Shown one piece after another: positions 36,410-42,478 of a DNA stretch of 42,478 nucleotides; the first letter of the stretch is position 1, and every line of letters begins with the position of its first letter. Location: positions 1 through 42,478 of the forward strand of contig JAZNGD010000003.1 in assembly GCA_045576255.1 (NCBI GenBank), in the 5' to 3' direction. Both the position numbers and the translations under genes were made by a program. The notes beneath the pieces are model-generated. The model did not search any database and had not been told where the DNA came from. It saw only the letters and a program-made list of their open reading frames with translations. Origin of the DNA: Candidatus Enterousia sp. GTDB taxonomy: Bacteria > Pseudomonadota > Alphaproteobacteria > Rs-D84.

Positions 36410-38062
36410 ATGTTGGTTAATTTGAATATTTCAAACATTGTACTGATAGAAAAGCTGAATATCGAATTTGGCAAAGGGCTGAACATATTAACCGGCGAAA
36501 CGGGTGCTGGGAAAAGCATCTTGTTAGATGCGTTGTCTTTGGCGTTGGGCGCACGTTCGGACACTGGATTAATACGTCATGGTTGTGACGTTGCGTCTGT
36601 TGTTGCAGAATTTGATACTGTTCCAGAACCAGTAAAAACTGTTTTAGACGAATTTGAAATAGGTTGTACTGACGGTTTGATTTTACGCCGAACATTAAAC
36701 ACAGACGGTAAAAGCAGGGCGTGGGCAAATGATACACCAATATCTGTAAAGACACTGAAACAAATTGGCGACGAACTGATTGAAATACATGGGCAATTTG
36801 CAAATCATACATTGCTTAACCAATCAACACACCGTCCGACTTTGGATATGTTTGCACAGAATTATATCAGTAATTTTAACACAATGTTAACAGATGTTAA
36901 AGTTGCATACAAAGATTATTCTGACGCAAAAAAACGCTTAAACGAATTGCAGGAAATGTTGGCGCAAAGCGAATCCGAACGCGACTTTTTGGAACATAAT
37001 GTCGCCGAATTGCAAAAACTGAATCCGCAAATTGGCGAAGAAGAGATGTTATCTGCAAAACGTGCCAATATGATGAACGCAGAAAAAAATACAGCGATTC
37101 TGAACGATGCCATAAACGCAATGTCGCCGCACGGCCATTCATTAGACGCGATGATTTTTTCGGTTGCGCACATTTTAGAACGCATCAAAGGCGACGAAAA
37201 TCCATACCAAACGCAAATTGACAAGTTGTACAATATCGCAGAAGACATTGCGCAAATAACTAAAAGTATCGAACCAGAAAACATAGACGACGAAGACCTG
37301 GATTCAATAGAAGAGCGTTTATTCGCAATTCGTGCTGCCGCACGCAAGCACCGCATTTCCGCCGACGAATTACCAGATAAACTTGAAAAGATGGCGGAAC
37401 AACTGAACGCCATAGATAATTCAGATGCAGAACTTAAAAAAGCATCTGCATTACTGGAAAAAAATTATAACATTTTTGTTGCGGCCGCAAAAAACATTTG
37501 CCAAGCCCGTCATAATGCCGCAGAAATGTTGCGCGATAAATTATTGGCAGAATTACCTGAACTGAAACTTGGTTCTGCTGATTTTAAAATTGAATTTACA
37601 GATTGTAACCCGTCATCGGCTGGTACAGACGATGTCACTTTTATGATAAAAACCAACCCAGGTTCGCCTTTTGCGCCACTGCACAAATCTGCATCTGGTG
37701 GCGAATTGGCGCGTTTAATGCTGGCGATGCGTGTTGTGTTGGCTGGCACGAACGACGCGCACTCGTTTGTGTTCGACGAAATCGACACTGGCATCAGTGG
37801 GGCAACTGCATCTGCTGTAGGCAGTCGGTTGAACCGATTAGCAAGCGAAAATCAGGCTTTGGTTATAACTCATTCTGCCCAGGTTGCAGGATTTGCAGAC
37901 AGGCATTTTAAAATTTCTAAATCTGTTATTAACGACAAAACCATTACCAGCGTTCATCAAATTACAAACGATGAACGACTTAATGAAATTGCGCGTATAA
38001 TCAGCGGTGCAGAAATAACACCTGAATCTATAACAATGGCAAAAACATTAATAAAGGAATAA
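36410..38062 (+). CDS. recN: DNA repair protein RecN
   Basis: Walker A GETGAGKSIL, coiled-coil middle, signature SGGELARLMLA and Walker B FVFDEIDTGISG. Confidence 0.93.
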   Translation: MLVNLNISNIVLIEKLNIEFGKGLNILTGETGAGKSILLDALSLALGARSDTGLIRHGCDVASVVAEFDTVPEPVKTVLDEFEIGCTDGLILRRTLNTDGKSRAWANDTPISVKTLKQIGDELIEIHGQFANHTLLNQSTHRPTLDMFAQNYISNFNTMLTDVKVAYKDYSDAKKRLNELQEMLAQSESERDFLEHNVAELQKLNPQIGEEEMLSAKRANMMNAEKNTAILNDAINAMSPHGHSLDAMIFSVAHILERIKGDENPYQTQIDKLYNIAEDIAQITKSIEPENIDDEDLDSIEERLFAIRAAARKHRISADELPDKLEKMAEQLNAIDNSDAELKKASALLEKNYNIFVAAAKNICQARHNAAEMLRDKLLAELPELKLGSADFKIEFTDCNPSSAGTDDVTFMIKTNPGSPFAPLHKSASGGELARLMLAMRVVLAGTNDAHSFVFDEIDTGISGATASAVGSRLNRLASENQALVITHSAQVAGFADRHFKISKSVINDKTITSVHQITNDERLNEIARIISGAEITPESITMAKTLIKE

Positions 38063-38065
38063 ATT

Positions 38066-38476
38066 ATGCAAAAATATTATGTACAAAGCACAGACAATTC
38101 TGGATTGTGCCAAGAAGTAAAGGTCACAGCAGGAAAATCACCAATCGCAATCAAAAAAACGTTTTTACTTAACCAAAGCAACCCGCTAAGCGTTGGAACG
38201 AAAATCAAGGCGTATTCACACAACAAAGGACGTGAAGCTGGAATAGATATTATTTTGGCCAGAACGTATAAAATACAAGGCAAAAGATACATAGATTTAA
38301 TGCAAAACAACCCCAGCGATTATTTCGTCGATGACTTTTTTGACAATTTAAGCTTTTATGACAGCGTACGATTAAATTGGGATTTTATACAATACTTGTG
38401 TCAACGCAAAGTTGTCCCAGCGTTAAGCAAACGCAGTAATATGCGTCTGTTCTTGCAGTACACAAAAACACGATAA
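38066..38476 (+). CDS. hypothetical protein
   Basis: ORF immediately after recN, with a terminator downstream. No recognisable motifs. Confidence 0.55.
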   Translation: MQKYYVQSTDNSGLCQEVKVTAGKSPIAIKKTFLLNQSNPLSVGTKIKAYSHNKGREAGIDIILARTYKIQGKRYIDLMQNNPSDYFVDDFFDNLSFYDSVRLNWDFIQYLCQRKVVPALSKRSNMRLFLQYTKTR

Positions 38477-38478
38477 AA

Positions 38479-38502
38479 AAACGCCCGAAAATGGGCGTTT
38501 TA
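38479..38502. terminator. bidirectional intrinsic terminator
   Basis: aaacgccc-gaaaat-gggcgttt hairpin. Confidence 0.7.
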
Positions 38503-39732
38503 AATTTTTAACACACCATCTGCAAATTCGATTGTTACAGGGGAATTACCATCGACACTGCTGATAATATTATTTTTTTCATCACGCACAATCGCATATC
38601 CACGCGATAAAACGCTTTTATAGCTAAGCGAATTTAACATTTGTTCCATATGAGCCAACGCTTGATTCAGTGTTGTCATACGATTTTGCAAGATGTCTGG
38701 GAAATTTGTAATATTATCCATTTTTTGGCGCGCAGAAACAACTTTGGCAGAAACAATCAGATTCAACGTACGTCCCAAATCATCCAAACGTTGTGCTTGT
38801 TCCATCAGCATTTGTTTCGGGCTTTTTATATTAATTGCTTCGATGCGTTGTTTCGCATTAGATAAACGAGTTATAAAATTACCAGAAAGCCTTATCCACA
38901 TATTGTCTAAATCTTGAATCAAAGACAGCTTTGTTGGCACAACCGCTTCTGCTGCACCCGTTGGTGTTGGCGCACGAAAATCCGCGGCAAAATCAATCAG
39001 CATCCAATCAGGTTCGTGTCCGACCCCTGAAATCAAAGGTATTTTACTGGCTGCTGCTGCACGCACAACAATTTCTTCGGAAAAAGGCAATAAATCTTCC
39101 AGCGCCCCACCACCACGCGCGACAATAATAACATCAACATTTTGCATTTTATTAAAGTATTCAATGCCAGCAGCGACTTCTGTTGCTGCGGTTGTGCCTT
39201 GAACTGTGGCAGGATACAGCAACACACGTACAGGAAAGCGTTCGCGCAATCTGTTTTGTATGTCTTGGAACGCGGCGCCAGTCGGACTGGTGACAATACC
39301 GATTGTTTGTGGTAATTTTGGCAAAGGTTTCTTGCGCGACGTGTCAAACAAGCCTTCGGCTGCCAATCGTTGCTTTCTTTCTTCCAACATTTTTAATATG
39401 GCACCGACACCTGCCATTTCTATTTCGCTGACAACAACCTGATAATTACTGCGAGCAGGGTATGTTGTAAAGCGTCCTGTGATGATGACTTCCAATCCGT
39501 CTTCTAATTTAAAATTTATCGGTGTGCCGCGCCAAACGATGACGGATATAGCCGCCCCCGAATCTTTCAAGGTCATATAAATATGTCCAGAAGTCGCGCG
39601 CGTAATTTGCGATAATTCACCACGAATTTTAATGCGTGGGAAAGCCGTTTCTACAACATTTTTCAGCAACGCAGAAGCGTCTGTCACGCTAAACACAACA
39701 TCATCTTTTACAAAAGGTTCTGGTTTTTGCAT
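38500..39732 (-). CDS. xseA: exodeoxyribonuclease VII large subunit
   Basis: The OB-fold N-terminus (IKIRGELSQITRATSGHIYMTLKD), PQTIGIVTSPTGAA and VIIVARGGGALEDL are typical XseA motifs. Confidence 0.92.
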   Translation of the reverse strand: MQKPEPFVKDDVVFSVTDASALLKNVVETAFPRIKIRGELSQITRATSGHIYMTLKDSGAAISVIVWRGTPINFKLEDGLEVIITGRFTTYPARSNYQVVVSEIEMAGVGAILKMLEERKQRLAAEGLFDTSRKKPLPKLPQTIGIVTSPTGAAFQDIQNRLRERFPVRVLLYPATVQGTTAATEVAAGIEYFNKMQNVDVIIVARGGGALEDLLPFSEEIVVRAAAASKIPLISGVGHEPDWMLIDFAADFRAPTPTGAAEAVVPTKLSLIQDLDNMWIRLSGNFITRLSNAKQRIEAINIKSPKQMLMEQAQRLDDLGRTLNLIVSAKVVSARQKMDNITNFPDILQNRMTTLNQALAHMEQMLNSLSYKSVLSRGYAIVRDEKNNIISSVDGNSPVTIEFADGVLKI

Positions 39733-39736
39733 ATTT

Positions 39737-40228
39737 TTATCTTTTTTCTAATTCTGCTTTTACGCGTTTAATAAACTCTGCCTTGTTTGGCGTTTTCATA
39801 TCTTTCATTCTTTTGTTAATCGGCCCACCTATATTATACGGCACTGTCAAAGGCGCAAACTGATCGCCAGTTGTATCAAACGCTTCGTCAGTAAAACGAT
39901 TGCGCAAAAATACCACAGGCGCATATTCCCATGTCCCTAATTTTATTGCTGATGGTTCCCACATCTCGTCCCCACCATACAGTTCATAAATACATATACT
40001 GGACAAAGCACAAAAACCCTTGGGCCAAGGAGTAAAACCATTAAATTGCTGATGCCCGACAAACTTGTCGCGGAATAAATGGTCTGCGTATAAATTGCGC
40101 AAGACACGTGTTATATCGTACAAAGAGTATTGCGTTTCGAAAAATGCAGACACTGCGTTATCAATCGCTGCGGCCTGTTTAAGCACTTTCTGCGTTGCGG
40201 CATCATAAAGTTTTTTATATTCTTTCAT
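39737..40228 (-). CDS. hypothetical protein
   Basis: Track ORF 39737..40348 overlaps the tsaD 3' end. The internal ATG at 40228 (MKEYKKLYD..) removes the overlap. No obvious RBS. Confidence 0.5.
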   Translation of the reverse strand: MKEYKKLYDAATQKVLKQAAAIDNAVSAFFETQYSLYDITRVLRNLYADHLFRDKFVGHQQFNGFTPWPKGFCALSSICIYELYGGDEMWEPSAIKLGTWEYAPVVFLRNRFTDEAFDTTGDQFAPLTVPYNIGGPINKRMKDMKTPNKAEFIKRVKAELEKR

Positions 40229-40260
40229 AACAAACGAATTATAGCATATATTCTTGCAGT

Positions 40261-41382
40261 TTACAAATCTGTCAACGGCCAACGTGGACGGGGCGCAATT
40301 GGTTCGCAAACAATATTGCCAACGCGATAGTTTTCTAATCCTGCCCAAGCAATCATTGCAGCATTATCTGTACACAAATTCAGCGGCGGTGCAGCAAACG
40401 TCATTTTATTTTGTTTGGCCAAAACTTCCATTGCGCTGCGAATTGCTGTATTTTTTGCAACACCGCCCGCAACAACCAATGTCTTTGGCGCAGCCGAAAC
40501 CACACGGCTGTCAGACAGCGCATGTTTTAAACGATTGGTTATACAATCAACAACAGATGCCTGGAAAGAAGCACAAAAATCGTTTATATATTCATCTGTC
40601 AGTGGCTGTTGCGCTTTGTCCAAGAATGTACGTGCCGCTGTTTTTATACCACTGAATGAAAAATCGCAGTTTGGCTTGTCGCACAGGGGTCTTGGAAAAG
40701 CAAATGCACGCGGATTTCCCATTTGTGCACGCGTATCAACGATTGGCCCACCCGGATAGCCTAATCCCAACATTTTTGATACTTTATCAAATGCTTCACC
40801 TGCGCTGTCATCCAACGTTTGACCAATTAATTCGTATTTTCCGACACCGCGAACCAATAAAATTTGACAATGTCCACCAGACGCCAACATCAACAAATAC
40901 GGAAATTCTATGTCCAAATTTTCATTGGTGCCATCCGCAGCAGTTGCGCACAAACGCGGAACCAATGCGTGACCTTCCAAGTGATTGACCGCGACCAACG
41001 GTTTACTTGTTGCCTGGGCGATACCAGTTGCGGCCATCCACCCAACCAAAACGCCACCAATCAGTCCAGGACCAGCAGTTGCGGCGACAACATCTATTTC
41101 TTTGATTGTTTTTCCGGCTTTTGCCAGTGCTTGGTTTACGACATCGTCAATTGCCAAGATATGTGCGCGCGCAGCCAGTTCCGGCACAACCCCACCATAT
41201 TTCTGATGTTCTGGGATTTGTGAATAAATTATATGCGACAAGATATTTTTATCGCTGTCTACAACCGCCGCAGACGTTTCATCGCACGAAGATTCGATTC
41301 CCAAACACAATGTTGGACGACCGCTATGAACATTACTGTCTAATGTCCCCATATCTAAACGCATTAATTTTTCATCACTCAT
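40261..41382 (-). CDS. tsaD: tRNA N6-adenosine threonylcarbamoyltransferase TsaD
   Basis: LGIESSCDETSAAV, VNHLEGH, SGGHCQIL, GYPGGP and VVAGGVAKN motifs. Confidence 0.93.
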   Translation of the reverse strand: MSDEKLMRLDMGTLDSNVHSGRPTLCLGIESSCDETSAAVVDSDKNILSHIIYSQIPEHQKYGGVVPELAARAHILAIDDVVNQALAKAGKTIKEIDVVAATAGPGLIGGVLVGWMAATGIAQATSKPLVAVNHLEGHALVPRLCATAADGTNENLDIEFPYLLMLASGGHCQILLVRGVGKYELIGQTLDDSAGEAFDKVSKMLGLGYPGGPIVDTRAQMGNPRAFAFPRPLCDKPNCDFSFSGIKTAARTFLDKAQQPLTDEYINDFCASFQASVVDCITNRLKHALSDSRVVSAAPKTLVVAGGVAKNTAIRSAMEVLAKQNKMTFAAPPLNLCTDNAAMIAWAGLENYRVGNIVCEPIAPRPRWPLTDL

Positions 41383-42065
41383 TTTTTTATATCCAATAAT
41401 ACGATTCCAAGATTTGTCTGTGTTTGCTGTCGTTGTTTAATATATTCATAAAAATCGACATCGACAACCATATTTTTTTCACTGGACGCGTGCCTAAGTT
41501 TTCCATCTGGCAACAAAAAACCCATATGCACAACACCAATATCAGTACCAATTTTATCACGAATTTTTTGATTGTCAGCAACAAACAGCACAACAACAGG
41601 TCGTCGCAAGTCCAATCTATTTATATTTTGATATGGTATATATTCCAACATAACCATTTCGGTTTCGAAATCAGCATCTATTTTATGAACTGTTTTGAAC
41701 CAATTTTGCTTATCGATTTGGATGGTTTTTATTACGGTATTTCCGTAATTTTTACTGACATTTTCAACCAAATTTTTATTGTTGTGAACCCAATCAGTTT
41801 CAATAAAATGGTTACGATTCAAGAAATCAACTTTACCGTCTTTGTATCTGATTTTATTCAGTTTTTTTACATCCCCATTTGCCAAAACGGTTTCTACAAA
41901 AGTCGTACAATCAAACGCATCAAAACGTATTAATGGGTCCGTATCTGGCAACATCCCTTCGCCCAACGGAGAATTTAAATATTTTGTTCCTAAAAAAGAA
42001 TGTCCAAAATAATCTGTTTTGCTGACACAACCGCACAATAAAAGAAACAACACCCAGAAACGCAT
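41379..42065 (-). CDS. DUF1460-like lipoprotein (amidase-like fold family)
   Basis: The ATG at 42065 gives MRFWVLFLLLCGC (lipobox) and overlaps the upstream stop as TAATG. YLNSPLGEG..FDCTTFVETVLA resembles DUF1460. Confidence 0.6.
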   Translation of the reverse strand: MRFWVLFLLLCGCVSKTDYFGHSFLGTKYLNSPLGEGMLPDTDPLIRFDAFDCTTFVETVLANGDVKKLNKIRYKDGKVDFLNRNHFIETDWVHNNKNLVENVSKNYGNTVIKTIQIDKQNWFKTVHKIDADFETEMVMLEYIPYQNINRLDLRRPVVVLFVADNQKIRDKIGTDIGVVHMGFLLPDGKLRHASSEKNMVVDVDFYEYIKQRQQTQTNLGIVLLDIKK

Positions 42066-42370
42066 TACAGGTTTTCTTTTAATTTGATACCTGTTTGACA
42101 CAGTGAAGCAGCATCACGCACAGCCATTTCACCAGATTCTGGCAAAGTTGCCATTTTATCGATACACGCAACCAGCAAATCAATATCAGAATCCACGCCT
42201 GTTAAAATTTTTGTCGCGGCAACACGTCGTTCAAAAGATGCACTGCGCCAATTGTGCAAATTGGCTGTTTCTAATGTATTTGCACGTTGTGCGAAAAAGA
42301 ACACAACCAACGCCAATATCAATGCGGCGATGCCGATGAATATTTTTAAATATTTTTTTATAAAAATCAC
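42065..42370 (-). CDS. membrane-anchored hypothetical protein
   Basis: N-terminal TM segment (IFIGIAALILALVVFFF). GTG start. Confidence 0.5.
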   Translation of the reverse strand: MIFIKKYLKIFIGIAALILALVVFFFAQRANTLETANLHNWRSASFERRVAATKILTGVDSDIDLLVACIDKMATLPESGEMAVRDAASLCQTGIKLKENL

Positions 42371-42371
42371 T

Positions 42372-42478
42372 TTATCTTCTCCTACGCTTCCAAGTTCTTA
42401 GGCGCGAAAAAAACATATCGCCGTATACAGACGCATTTGCCAACAAAACTTCTTCGTTAACCTGATTCATTGTTTTTG
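42372..42478 (-). CDS. 3' end of an ORF entering from beyond the right edge, or a 32-aa ORF from the ATG at 42470
   Basis: The frame is open from the window edge: ..KTMNQVNEEVLLANASVYGDMFFSRLRTWKRRRR then stop. This cannot be resolved inside the window. Confidence 0.25.
   Translation of the reverse strand, partial: KTMNQVNEEVLLANASVYGDMFFSRLRTWKRRRR

Noticed and set aside
36916-37413. 165-aa minus-strand ORF inside recN
   Set aside because: It is an antisense shadow of the recN coiled-coil region, with no independent signals.
40229-40348. N-terminal 40-aa extension of ORF 39737..40348
   Set aside because: It overlaps the 3' end of tsaD in another frame. The internal ATG at 40228 gives a non-overlapping gene.

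Overview
A+T-rich bacterial chromosome segment. It is probably from an alphaproteobacterium with an endosymbiont-like genome, because it carries a circularly permuted two-piece tmRNA gene, a DUF1013 protein and an AddA-type helicase-nuclease. Most of the window is housekeeping: PIF1-like helicase, rimI-tsaB, a Lon-like ATPase, ssrA, obg, rubrerythrin, corA, prfB with its +1 frameshift, an AmiC-type amidase, ihfB, a fused accD-accA, cysS, rpoD, addA-like, recN, xseA, tsaD and five intact tRNA genes. The clear accessory region is a 6.57-kb integrative island at about 11849-18426. It sits in the anticodon loop of a tRNA-Arg(CCG) gene and splits it into two halves without rebuilding it. The island carries its own diverged, intact tRNA-Arg(CCG), a P4-type tyrosine integrase, an AlpA-like regulator and an HUH Rep-like protein. 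Its cargo is an OLD-family ABC-ATPase/TOPRIM nuclease facing a lipoprotein-DUF488 operon that follows a structured, terminator-containing leader RNA. I consider this cargo module the best candidate for an undescribed defence-type system. Two homologous ~180-bp structured inserts lie just downstream of tRNA-Pro and tRNA-Ser(GCU), each bounded by 39-40-bp direct repeats. Other oddities are a Lon lacking its protease domain, a split AddA nuclease domain, and an unannotated 34-aa Cys-rich ORF. No CRISPR array or rRNA was seen. All calls come from reading the sequence and the ORF translations by eye, with no database searches.
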